52,459 bases of DNA, from contig NMRA01000006.1 of the NCBI GenBank assembly GCA_002633005.1, forward strand, positions 735,998-788,456. The letters are read 5' to 3'. The position numbers and the translations under genes were made by a program. Origin of the DNA: Phoronis australis. Lineage: Eukaryota > Animalia > Phoronida. Shown here piece by piece: positions 23,901 through 34,729 of this stretch. The notes below the pieces were generated by a model. The model did no database searches, was not told where the DNA came from, and saw only the letters and a program-made list of their open reading frames with translations. The stretch's first letter is position 1, and each line of letters opens with the position of its first letter.

Positions 23901-26623
23901 ACTCCCTCGCCACACACCTGGTACCTTCTAAATAGCTCCAATACTTTAGACAAGTCCACAATAAACTTATCAAAGTTTGGCTCACCGATCTGTTCACTGG
24001 ACGACGAACTGTCCTCTTCACTGGGTGTCGAACTGAGCCTGTAATCACTCCCACTACTAAATATCCCTGCAGGGCTGCTTAGAGGCTCTGGGCTGGAGAA
24101 AACAGCACAGGGCAAATCACTACTGGTTCCGGGAATTGCACGCTCTGGGGTACGGTCGGAGGCACGGGTGACAGTAGATGAAGTGCCTCCACTGGCTCCA
24201 GTCACTGTACTGGCCACAGCTCGCGAGGCTTCTCGCTTCAAAAACGCACTTCTCGGGGGTGGCGACGGGGCACTGCCGGGAATCAATACAGACGGAATGG
24301 CATCCTTCTTCAGACGTTGTTTCGCAGGGACCTTCATCAGTTCAGCGTACAAGTCCCTTTCGTAATCGGACGGCAGAAAGTGCTTGCCACACATACGGTA
24401 ATTCTCCACTGCTTAGTACGTTGCGTGGATGGGTAACGCTGCGTTCTTCACACGAACGAGCCAAGTACGGCGAAGTGTGTCATCCATCGGAAAGCGATGC
24501 AAAGGTACTCCCAAAGCACGTGTGAGCCGATAATTAGTACATCCTGGTACGCAGCAACAGTGTGGCATGTTGACTGACTAGTAAATGAAAGCAAACGACG
24601 ACGGAACTTAACACAACCGAGGTAGAACAATGACTGACTCGGCAGCTCTCAGTCAGACTATATGAAAAGAAATTGGCGCGAAATGCTTGCCTCCTAAAAC
24701 GTCATTTCCGGAGTAGCGGACGAGTAATTAACAAAATTACAAAAAGCTGTAATTAAGTGGAAAATATGTCTAGAATAACCAACCAACCTTATTTTAGCTC
24801 AAAATGACATGGAAAAAGGTTGCCTTCGCCTTTAAATAGTTCTTTGGTAAGCCAGCATTCGTCAGACTCACTGTCGACGACTGCCGGCCACAGACACGGA
24901 GATGTTTCACGGCCTTATACTTGCTACTAACAGCGTACTTTTCATTCTTCACTACCGCGCGCCACTTCCTAAGCATTTCGGACTCTCGAGGCAGTCGAAA
25001 AACGATAAACCCGCTCTTTCCTCGCAGCTGCATAGTTCGGACAAGCGGGAACGATGCAGTGCAACATAGCAGCATTCACTCAGCAAATGAACCACTGACA
25101 TTGCTGCGTCGTTTCTCACCTTCCTCACAGGTTAACGCGACATCTTTCAGCAAGGTAAGGTCGACCGTATGCCAGGCAATATAGACTGATTAAAACAGTA
25201 AAAAAAAACTAATTAAATTGTGTGGCATTCTCCTTTAAAGCAGATACAACAAGAGCGCAACGCGGAGCGTTGAAATGTGCCCACGAATGCATTGCAAATG
25301 GTGTGCTTTCAGGGTTTAACTTATTTATTTGTATCATAAAAATGGCCACTAGATGGCGCAAAAACGTACAATCCATCCAAAACAGGAACATGCCATAGTT
25401 CATAAAAATCTGTCAAGAACTTCAGAGAAACAAAGGAAAACAGAACAAAATGAAATTGCCACTTGTGGGCACAGTGTCCGCTCGTTCCCCCTGAAAGTCA
25501 TTTACTAGTACTGATACAGCTATGGGCGCAAAACAAAACTACCACTAGGAGGTGCCACAGTAGTCAGTCGCCATCATCAAACGTCCTCTTCACACTGAAA
25601 ACATATACTCCAATTTTCGAAACTATTCCTGGAATGATTTGGTTGATAGAGGGGTGGACGTCAAAAGCAACATTTGAAAACAGCAAAAATGTCCACAAGG
25701 TGGCACAAAATACCTAAATTCCATCCAAAAACAGGATGACAGCGTCATCTCACCAATACATATATTAAAAATTTATGAAAATCTGTTGAGGACCTTTGAA
25801 GATACAGACTGGTAAACGTAAAAAACTAAAATTGCCACAAGGGGGCACACAAGTACTCAGATCTGTCTGAAAGTCGTCGTGGTCCATTGTCAACATCATA
25901 TAAATACATTTGCTAGATTAACGGTTTAAGAGATACAGCCATGAGAGCAAAAAACAAAAAAAAAAACAGCCACTAGGAGGTGCCACAGTGGTTGAACTCA
26001 TCGGAAAATCATCGTCAGCAGTCCACTTCATAGTAAAAACATACATGCCACTTTTCACAATTATCCTGAAAGCGATTTGTTTGATAGACGAGTGGACACC
26101 AAAAAACAGACTCGAAAACTTACAGTAAAACTGGCCATTAGGTGGCACAAACTACATCAAATCCATCCGAAAACGGGAGGATAGTGTCATCTCACTAATA
26201 GGTTACTATATACCATATTTTATGAAAATCTGATGGGGACTTTTGAAGATAGTGATAAATGTAAAAAAACTAAAATTGCCACTAGGGGGCACACCGGTAG
26301 TAGGATCCATCTGAAAGTTCGCTCATGCCGTTCTATCTATGGAAGGAACACATGTGCAAAATTTCATGAACATACATCAAAGCATTTTGGAGATAGAGCA
26401 GCAGACGTCGGACGGACGGAGATGACGGCATAATGCGTCCACATATAAATATGAGGGCGCATAACAATGAAACAGGTTGTGTTCAATCACTACTGTCCAT
26501 CAGTCATCTGTTCTCACCTGGCAGGTAGCGTCCAGCCTGCCGCATTGCCCATACGGGCACTCGTTCTGTTTTTTCTCCCTTTGCTGCCCGGATAATCAAG
26601 TCATTCTTCAATGGTGGAAAAGG
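14732..26623 (-). CDS. UROD: Uroporphyrinogen decarboxylase, 9 coding exons (start-codon exon not found)
   Basis: Exons 26623-26518, 21632-21553, 19771-19673, 18833-18672, 17947-17786, 16982-16845, 16332-16232, 15819-15753, 14902-14732 join in frame with GT-AG introns; hallmark motifs [63 protein letters not shown]. Confidence 0.97.
15753..15819 (-). CDS. UROD: UROD exon
   Basis: [22 protein letters not shown]; cag/gtatg boundaries. Confidence 0.95.
16232..16332 (-). CDS. UROD: UROD exon
   Basis: [27 protein letters not shown]. Confidence 0.95.
16845..16982 (-). CDS. UROD: UROD exon
   Basis: [25 protein letters not shown]...VPM. Confidence 0.95.
17612..17780 (-). repeat. Two degenerate tandem copies of the 3' end of a UROD exon including the donor site
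   Basis: On - strand TACCTGGTGGAGCAGGTCATGGCTGGAGTTCAG|GTAAA and TGCCTGTTGGAACAGGTCATGGGTGGGTGCAG|GTAGG versus the exon TACCTGGTGGAACAGGTCAAGGCTGGAGCCCAG|GTGAG. Confidence 0.75.
17786..17947 (-). CDS. UROD: UROD exon
   Basis: [15 protein letters not shown]...QVKAGAQ. Confidence 0.95.
18672..18833 (-). CDS. UROD: UROD exon
   Basis: GPHFPEPL...ELGYV...[10 protein letters not shown]. Confidence 0.95.
19201..19370. repeat. Minisatellite, 3 x 57 bp
   Basis: AGTAATTTACAGAGATGGGCTTCAGCACAGA... at 19201, 19258, 19315. Confidence 0.95.
19673..19771 (-). CDS. UROD: UROD exon
   Basis: [25 protein letters not shown]. Confidence 0.95.
21553..21632 (-). CDS. UROD: UROD exon
   Basis: [27 protein letters not shown]. 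Confidence 0.95.
23471..23770 (+). pseudogene. KolX-like accessory protein N-terminus (P2X7 cytoplasmic ballast/Nanor-like Cys-rich domain), truncated
   Basis: ATG 23471; GYMFEPEY motif, then [27 protein letters not shown] (WCxCxxC-x7-ECxCCxE), similar to the P2X7 C-terminal WCQCGxC...ELCC zinc cluster; cut by deletion junction. Confidence 0.75.
23770..24568 (-). pseudogene. THAP-domain transposase N-terminus, truncated before DDE domain
   Basis: From ATG 24568: [12 protein letters not shown]...LHRFP...RRTWL...[13 protein letters not shown]...LKKDAIPSV (complete THAP; TAA at 24413-24415), Ser-rich linker, [20 protein letters not shown] then frameshift to [13 protein letters not shown] (C2CH-like zinc region). 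Confidence 0.85.
25248..26466 (-). mobile_element. Helentron-associated (HINE/DINE-1-like) non-autonomous element, family H1 copy 1
   Basis: Reverse complement of 43372-45084: terminal palindrome ATGCGTCCACATAT-AA-ATATGAGGGCGCAT, GGAC microsatellite, internal ~150-bp tandem units, AACAAGAG other end, no TSD. Confidence 0.7.
26518..26623 (-). CDS. UROD: UROD exon (most 5' coding exon visible)
   Basis: [35 protein letters not shown]; preceded by ttttgcag acceptor. Confidence 0.95.
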
Positions 26624-26836
26624 CTGCAAAAACACAGTTGTAATTAGGTTATACTAAGAAGGGCTTTAATGGAAATCCAATTCAAGACCGGTGATGTGCG
26701 CACTTTTCAACTAAAAGTCAATTTCTCTGAATAAATAAGTTGGAGGAGGAATTATCCCTACATTCCTACAAACAATATGGAAACGTGTTGCAAGTAGTTT
26801 ATCCCGTTCAATCCGCCATCTTTTGATCACATCATA

Positions 26837-26950
26837 AGGGCTTGGAATGACCAATGACAAAAAACGCGGAAACTTTGAAACTTTTACGGCCCAAATCTTG
26901 CCCGATAACCAGCCTTGAAATGGTCAGTGTGAACCTTTCCCCACAAAAAT
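26837..26950 (+). mobile_element. Truncated copy of CAGGGCTTGGAAT MITE
   Basis: Near-identical to 28893-29005. Confidence 0.7.
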
Positions 26951-26968
26951 CGGGAGGACTAAAAAAAA

Positions 26969-27070
26969 AACAAGAGCAACGCAGAGCGTTGAAATGCGCC
27001 CACAATTGCACCGTATACGGTATCCTTCTAAGGTTGTTTATTGGTACCATAAAGTGGCCAGTAGAGGGCA
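26969..27070 (-). mobile_element. H1 HINE terminal fragment
   Basis: AACAAGAGCAACGCAGAGCGTTGAAATGCGCCCAC matches terminus of 25248 and rc of 45084/46241. Confidence 0.6.
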
Positions 27071-27333
27071 TTTGCAAAATGGAAAGGCATGGTCATTGTC
27101 TCCTCAATAGGCTAGGTTTCAAAATGTGAGTGATCTTCATAATACAAGCACATCCTATGCATCAGTTGCTTAAAGCACCACAGAAACATAGAATTAAAAA
27201 CAAATTTACCAACATACGAGATTAGCACAGCATTAGAATGCCAGAAACAAATTTCTACTTGGAACTTTTCCTTCATAGTCACGAAGTAACACAAAGTATA
27301 CACCTGAAGACCTATGAAAATACAGAGGTCAAT

Positions 27334-27734
27334 NNNNNNNNNNNNNNNNNNNNNNNNNNNNNNNNNNNNNNNNNNNNNNNNNNNNNNNNNNNNNNNNNNN
27401 NNNNNNNNNNNNNNNNNNNNNNNNNNNNNNNNNNNNNNNNNNNNNNNNNNNNNNNNNNNNNNNNNNNNNNNNNNNNNNNNNNNNNNNNNNNNNNNNNNNN
27501 NNNNNNNNNNNNNNNNNNNNNNNNNNNNNNNNNNNNNNNNNNNNNNNNNNNNNNNNNNNNNNNNNNNNNNNNNNNNNNNNNNNNNNNNNNNNNNNNNNNN
27601 NNNNNNNNNNNNNNNNNNNNNNNNNNNNNNNNNNNNNNNNNNNNNNNNNNNNNNNNNNNNNNNNNNNNNNNNNNNNNNNNNNNNNNNNNNNNNNNNNNNN
27701 NNNNNNNNNNNNNNNNNNNNNNNNNNNNNNNNNN
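27334..27734. other. Assembly gap (401 N)
   Basis: Run of N. Confidence 1.
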
Positions 27735-27824
27735 TACCCTTTTATATGCGAATCATTCAATGTAGAGAGTTGATGACCTTCATCATTGTAGCAGTGTATT
27801 TACATCTGAGTGATATTATTGCAG

Positions 27825-27993
27825 AGATGGTTGCAACACAAGCACAGATGGAGGCTGCTGGGCTGCCATTGGATAAGAGAGATTACTGTGCACACTTGTT
27901 AATAGACTATCAGCAGTGCAGACAAGACAAGTTTCCATTCTATTACCAATGTGAACATGAGAAACATGTCTACGAGCAGTGTGAATATCAGGA
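27825..27993 (+). CDS. NDUFB7: NADH:ubiquinone oxidoreductase subunit B7 (B18), internal exon
   Basis: ttgcag/gtaagt boundaries; EMVATQAQMEAAGLPLDKRDYCAHLLIDYQQCRQDKFPFYYQCEHEKHVYEQCEYQE with RDYCAH and twin Cx9C pattern. Confidence 0.93.
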
Positions 27994-28875
27994 GTAAGTT
28001 GAATGGTCCAGTCTGTAAACTAAGACTGTGTGGACCATTTAATGTTAAAAAATTCAATTCTACGAGGTTTCTAAAAGCCATATTCAGCACCATTGTTAAA
28101 AAGGTGTTTGTAACATCAGCTCTTTAAGGTTTCTAATTATATATTTTGTTCCATTAGGCCAAAAAGCATTGTAATTGTTACTTGTCTGTACCACGACTCA
28201 TTTCGAGACCTGTGTTCACTGACTATGATTTGCCAGATGATAACAAAAACAATATATTTGCAGGTGTTCTTTTTCGAAAAAGTGTGCAACTATTACTCCA
28301 CTGAATAGATTTTCAAAGAACATAGACCCTGGTTTGTTACTAGCAAAATATCAGGTATTTTGAGAACCTGAAATAACCTCTAATTTGACCGAGGAGACCA
28401 ACCTCAAAAGTTAGGTTTTGTGTTGGTAAGCTGGCTTGTAGGTCTTTTAATGTTGAAGAGTAAGCTTGGTTTGAGAAAACGAATGAAGTTTAATGAGGGA
28501 CAGCAATGTCCCTTTTAAGGTGCATATTGTTTAGTTGGCTAAAAAACAAAATTCAAATAGGTCTTTTGCTCTCATAAAATCAGTCTAACTATTATTGTGA
28601 CAGGATGTTATTTCCATTACCCACAAAAACATAAAAACCATGTGGGACTCAAGAAAACGCTAGTTTATTGGGGTTGGCCGACCTAGAATTGTGAATTCTA
28701 AAATGGCGCATGTATGCATTCCCTGCATTTCAAGTTGATATCCAAAATGGAATCTTATCACAGTAAGAAGTACAAGACGTGCACCATTAAGAGTTGTTAT
28801 TTTGCTCTATTTTTTTCCATTTCTGGTTCAGACAGTAAGCACGAGATGTACTTAATTTCTCAACAAGATTGTTAA

Positions 28876-29633
28876 AGGTGTTGGCAAGTCTCAGGGCTTG
28901 GAATGACCAATGACAAAAAACGCGGAAACTTTGAAACTTTTACGGCCCAAATCTTGCCCGATAACCAGCCTTGAAATAGTCAGTGTGAACCTTTCCCCGA
29001 CAAAAAAAAAACGTTACCACCATCAGTAGCATGCATCTGCGTCCTTTCAGCTCGCCCGTCCACTCCCAACCCACACATTTTTGGCTGCAGAGCGGTAGTA
29101 TTTCTCGCCGCACTTAACAATAACACGAGACGCCATTGAATATCTCCCACCACGCTGTCCCAGATGCCCCGGCAATGTTGACAATTTACGTTCCTCCGAA
29201 ATATAAAGAGCAACTTCCGCTTTTCGAGGTGAACGTCGTCTGCAACGCCGCGGTAAGAAAGGAATTTGCCACGGAAATTTTATATCAAATCCGATTTTTT
29301 TTACGCGGAAATATTATAAAAAAAGCGGAAAGCACATTTGAAAAAAGCGGAAATCCGCGTTTCCGCGGAAAATTCCAAGCCCTGCATCATATATATAAGT
29401 CCGAAAAGATTTCTGCCCACGACCGGGACTCGAACCAAAAAGCATCTACAGTCTACTAGTAATTATTTATATTTCTATGGTTCTAAATTGTTTTGGGGAA
29501 ATTTTTTGTACTACTACCATAATAAAATATTTATTGGTTTACTTTGTGGTGCAAAGGTGTCGGAGTGATCGCCAACCGACACATCAGCTGTTGAACATTG
29601 GTTGAATGAACATCAAAATCCTTGGCATTACCT
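28876..29633. mobile_element. Possible old TTAA-flanked (Kolobok-type) MITE hosting the 28892-29384 insertion
   Basis: TTAA at 28872-28875 and 29634-29637; weak TIR AGGTGTTGGCAAG vs AGGTAATGCCAAG (10/13). Confidence 0.35.
28892..29384. mobile_element. hAT-like MITE, full length
   Basis: Perfect 13-bp TIR CAGGGCTTGGAAT; subterminal GCGGAAA repeats; no recognisable TSD. Confidence 0.75.
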
Positions 29634-30186
29634 TTAAATTGTTTTATAGTTGAAAAAAATTGACTGTGCAAAATGTTATGTTTCGATCACTACTAAATTC
29701 ACCACAAAAAGCTTTTGTTTTGAACGTGTTCAATGTTTTGATGCACTGCAGTGTTTCTTTCACATTATTCTAATGAAAAATGCAGTTTTCTAAAAACAAA
29801 CCTGATCACAGTGCCACCACGAGGTGGGAAATTTTATCAAAAATATTGCTGGAGTAATTATAATTTAGAGGTGAGAGATGGCGAGGATTTAAATTAAAAA
29901 CAACCATTTTACATGTTTTAAACACAAATAAAAAGCGTACACTTAGGACTGGAACCAGAATTATTTAGTAAACACTTGATAAAAATATAATCAAAGTTGG
30001 TAACCACCAAATAGCAGTAGACAGTTTAACTCTTAGCCTAACTATAAGTCACAAAATGCTGGTATGTGAAAAATGCACAAGTAATGCAACACTGATTGCA
30101 TAAATTGCCGATTTAAAAAACTAGGCAGTGGCACACTAGGCACTATAACCGACCAGTGCAGTGGCAGTGCCCTACTAGGTAATTAC

Positions 30187-30220
30187 ATCGCCCTGGATGC
30201 CGCAGGCATACAGGGGCGAT
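30187..30220. other. Hairpin, probable terminus of a Helentron-like repeat
   Basis: ATCGCCCTGGATGCC-GCA-GGCATACAGGGGCGAT stem-loop; other end not identified. Confidence 0.35.
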
Positions 30221-30887
30221 AGTACTTCCCCACAAAAAGTTACGAATTTCAAAATACAGGAAATAAAATCAAATGAAACATGCATATATGCACATGGAGT
30301 TATAATTGACACACACCATAAGTCTGGAGGCGATTCAGTCAAGATAATTTGAACTAATCCATGAAAATCTGTCGCGGTTTGCTCGAGTTTCTCTTACCGC
30401 GTACCATTTTGAGGAAGTTACGTGAAATCACGCATGTTGACGAATAAAAAGTCCAAGGAACACAAATCATACAAATTTCACCCGATACCTTCCCATGCTA
30501 TTTTGCAAATGTCACGCGCCAACGTCACGCGCTTTGCTCAGTCTCGCGCTAGCCTTTGCCTAACTCACATGACCTTGTGGTTATCGCGCACGTAGTGAAA
30601 TAGTGAACGGTGACCAAACAAGTGGAGTTGGAATCCTTTGTCAAAGTCATCTTAGTTCTGATAACTAAGCTTCATCGAAGAAAGGACCAATGAAGAAAAC
30701 AAGCACTTTTTAAGTGATAGTTTTAAGTGTGGAATGTATTTTTGACCAAGTGAAAACTCAAAATTGGTGGCCTGATTTGGCCTACCGCCCGTTTAAAATA
30801 CATGAAACAAAAGGCCTACAGAAAGCAATGGGAAGTATTGAAGCCCCTAACCAGCCAACCGAAGGGCTACGTGGTGCCTAGGCTTAA

Positions 30888-32609
30888 GGTTATCTTCAAC
30901 CGTATTCACAAAAATTGACCACTTTTACAATATTTCACTTGTGTTTAGCAAAATACCTTATCTTCATTCTCGGGGAACTTCAAATACAAAATATATACGG
31001 CGAAGTGAGAAAAAAGATTTAGCAGAACCACCTTGGAACCACGTGCATATTTGTTTACTACTTATCCAAGGTCAAAGGTTAAAGGGCTTTCAATTAATCG
31101 AATCTCCTGCCAAGTACAGAACAGCTTCGTATACCCACAGTCCTTTCATTCACAAAATCGCCATAACATTGAGCCAACGAAGTGTACTTAGGATAGAATG
31201 GTGCTGAGGAAAACGAAGACAAAACATAGTTTTGATCCCGAGTTCTGTGTCTACATGCATATGACCGTTGGCATTGAAAACGAATGGTACGAGTCGCCTC
31301 AGGCCTCTGTGATTATGAACACAGAAAGTTGTGAAAAGAGATAAATCCTCACCCTAATTCCTTTAATCAATTAATAAGTTGACATTTCGACGTTTCAATC
31401 TCATGCTAACGACATACTTTAACCACAGATTCGATTTTTGTAATCCATTTCTTACTTGGTTTCATATTGATCAGTAACCCAGCATGTGATGTGTACAGGC
31501 TATGAATTGTGACCTACTTACAAAGTAGGACGTAAACAACAGTAAAAGTTGGCTGGGAACGATACGTCTATTTGAGGTTTTAATGATAATTAAGTTAGTT
31601 GCGCACTGCAAAATCAGTTGACATTGTGAGTGAACGTTGAAATAGCTAATATAGTTAAGGATTGCACAGGTTATGTGTACCGAAAACAAGGTTTCACCGA
31701 ATAATTAACCGAAGACTTAACTGAGATTTTCTGTTAGAGTATGATCTCATATCCGAGTGAGTGCATGTGTAGGAGTAGTTCAGAGAATTAAGTGTTACAT
31801 AATACACCCCCAACATGAGGAATTGTAGTAAACATGTTTGTTCAGTTTATCCTGTTATGATTCATGTATGTCACTATATAAGTGTATGATCGCATGGATT
31901 GTAACAGACTTGGTAGTATCAGTAGAAGAGTATGTAATAAAACTATTATCCTCCTTCAGACTAGTATTATCCTTGGACTGCGTTCTCGCACTGCGTCGCG
32001 CATTCAACGTTCCTAACCGAACAGAATGTCTTTCACTGCTAGCACATCAACATTTTCACTTGTCCTAGTTTAATCGGCTTTTTCTCAGCTTCGGCAAATT
32101 GACTTTATCGGAAATTAGGAACACTAGTTCTCGAAAAAGCTAGATGGATTTCGCTGAAACTTTCCAAACTTAATATTTATAGTCGTCAATCTCAAAAACA
32201 CTGTTAGGATTTTTGATATAAAGGCCTAGTTTTTGTGTAATATGACAAAGATGAATGCGACTTCAATTTTTACAAAAATACCTTACGTTTTGCGACTTGA
32301 TTTGTCATAGAAACAGAACGAACAGACTAATCGAAAATTCCTAACAGAGTTTTTGAGGTAACTGGTGAAGTTTTCATTTAAAAAAGGTTTCATTAAAATT
32401 GACTGAGGGGTTATTTTGCTATGAATGTACCTTTCTTAAAAATGAAATTTTGACGTAAAATAATAATGGCACATAAATACAAAAAGTATATTTATGTTTC
32501 CCGGTTTTTGTTCTTTCAGAAAATATATACTTTTACTAGTTGACAAATTTTAGTTTTTTTTTGATATACGAGTTAGAATGAAGGCCACTAAATAAGGTTG
32601 GAGATAACC
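30888..32609. mobile_element. TTAA-flanked non-autonomous DNA transposon (Kolobok-type, family C)
   Basis: TTAA TSD (30884-30887, 32610-32613); TIR GGTTATCT(T/C)CAACC(G/T)TATT 17/19. Confidence 0.75.
31485..31799 (-). mobile_element. Possible LTR (3' LTR of a reverse-oriented LTR retroelement remnant)
   Basis: TGT...ACA ends; on - strand preceded by GGGGG purine-tract-like sequence and contains ATTAAA; no coding support. Confidence 0.3.
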
Positions 32610-34729
32610 TTAAACATGCATTGCTAAATCGACTGGATACGCGTGCTCTGACTTCTCTGTCTATCAGAATCAGTTCAGATTATGGACACTTAACCGATCA
32701 TTTGATATAAAGAAACAAAGCCGATCGGAATCATTTTCAGATGGACAGAGCCCTTACTCTCACGATTATCCCAAAGGAACATCAACAGATCAGCAATTGT
32801 GTCTTTAAATATGGCAAAACTATGCAGACGACCCACCTTGCCGACCAACAACGAAGCCATGCCGGTATGCTTTTTCTTCTGATTCATTTTCGTAAAAAAT
32901 GAATAAAACCTATTACAAGTGACTGAATATAAAATAGTTATGTAAAACAATTCAAAGTACACACAATAGGTTTCAGTGCACTAAATGAAATGAAACATGC
33001 GGCAATGAATAAATATATTTAGCTTCGAAACTAAAGCATGCAGCTGCACTCACGTTTAAGACTTAACAGCTCGATAACATAAAATCCAGTTACTTTTTAT
33101 TTTATTTTTTGTTTTAATTCATATTATTTCAGCCTCACTTAAAATCTAACAATAACCACGGAAATGTTTTTTAATTTTTGATAAACACCATCCGATTTAT
33201 CCCAGTACATCGTTTGAGTGATTTCAACAGATAGTGGTTTCTGTTTCCGCAATCAGCAGCGGCAACTTTAAGATGTCACAACTAGCGTTGGGGGTAAATA
33301 ATGCGTGGTTACGACGCTTGTTACAAAGGGGATGTTTTGTTATTCCTTGATTTTATCTTTTTAAGTAATGAAACTCGTTTGGGCTTTGTTTTCACTCGCT
33401 TATCCCTTATTACTTGGCAGACCGACGTCCGTTGTTTGTGTTGTGAGTCTGCGATGTGCTGAATGCTGTGCTTGAACTTCGTCTTCAAATTCTGCTTAAT
33501 CTCAAGGTCGCGTGCGTGAACTTGGAGTACCCGAGGAAACCTGGCAAACTCACTCAAATAATAACGTTCATGTTTAAAAAAATGCACTACATCAAAGCAA
33601 GTCATTTGTTTATAAAATAACCTAAAATTTAATGTTACCTTTAATGTCTTTTTCAACTATTGGCAATCTTATTCACCAAGCAATAATTAATTAACTTCTC
33701 TAACTCACACAAATTCCGCTAATGGAGAAAATGGGTGATCGTGCAGCCAATAATCAGAAAACTCCTTTACAACAAACAAAATTCTTCATTATTGCAATCG
33801 AGTTCACGAATGCTCCTAAATATAGGCTTATGGGTGGATATGCAGGAAATGACCTTTCAAAAACTATGAAGCGGAATACACAGCCACGCATATTTTTGAA
33901 TAAAAGTAGCGTATTTTTAGAAACTGGGTGATTAACACTGATCTTTGTACTGTACTTAAATACAGTTTAAAGCTACATTACCAACATGGCACCCAATGTG
34001 AATCATTTGAGTGAAATCGTGTTTCTCAAAATAAACAAAATTCCAGAACTTGCACATTTCGGAACAATGCATCAGAATTTCAAAACATTTAAGCAGTTAC
34101 CGAAAATATGCCTATGGACATACTTATAAAAAGTATTCTGAAAATACGCCCGTGGGCATACTTTTGGGTGGGTCTTATTTTCAGAAATTTCCAGTATATG
34201 TTCTTGAGGTTAATGAGAATTCACGTATAACACTAAGACAAAGTACCATTGTCAAATATACTGATAGTGATATAATGACCATCAAATAACCATTCTTTGG
34301 CGAAATAATGAAATACACCTTCTCAGTGGATGACGAAAGTTGGTTAATGGACAGCTTTCTGTTATCTTATATGGCTGTAATTCCGTGTCATGAACGATAC
34401 TACAAAGAAATGTAACTACTCAACTGAAATTTACAAAGCAAGCACAAGCCCGACCCAAGGTGGTGTCTTAACTTTATTACGTGAATGAACTTAAACTAGG
34501 GTAATTCTTCACTTCTTTTGTACACAATATGGCCAACAAGTGAAATTTTATTTTGTCAAAATTTTCCACAAAAATATATCAAGAGCATTTTAGTCCATCT
34601 CTAGTATATTTTGTGCTGTGTATTTTCATGAGACAACTTTTGGTTAATTTTACATCTTTTGCAGCTGAAGTTGTACTTCTTGTACATGATATTTGATGCT
34701 AAAATTAAAATTCAAAAAAGCTTTTATTT

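Larger units (their letters stand above)
23134..24831. mobile_element. Internally deleted Kolobok transposon (family B) with 147-bp TIRs
   Basis: TTAA TSD (23130-23133, 24832-24835); TIRs 23134-23280 and 24685-24831 with about 5 mismatches, starting AGGCGAAGGCAACC; two convergent truncated ORFs. Confidence 0.92.
22057..25234. mobile_element. Non-autonomous Kolobok-type transposon (family A, copy 2) interrupted by nested element
   Basis: TIR AGGAGAATG(A/C)CACACAA (16/17); flanks ATAA (decayed TTAA) and TTAA; colinear with 5699-7493; KolX-like remnant GYQFEQEY (22928-23120 +) and THAP remnant (24836-25075 -). Confidence 0.85.

Noticed and set aside
24413-24415. In-frame stop in THAP ORF as programmed readthrough/recoding
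   Set aside because: TAA aligns with E/K codon in the related family A THAP (YEAV/YKAV) and a frameshift lies downstream; simple decay
26808-26822. AAGATGGCGG on - strand as UROD start codon
   Set aside because: ATG GCG GAT TGA stops after three codons with no donor; at most a YY1-like motif
27238-27824. Long ORFs across the N run
   Set aside because: Artefacts of translating N; only 27825-27993 is real coding sequence
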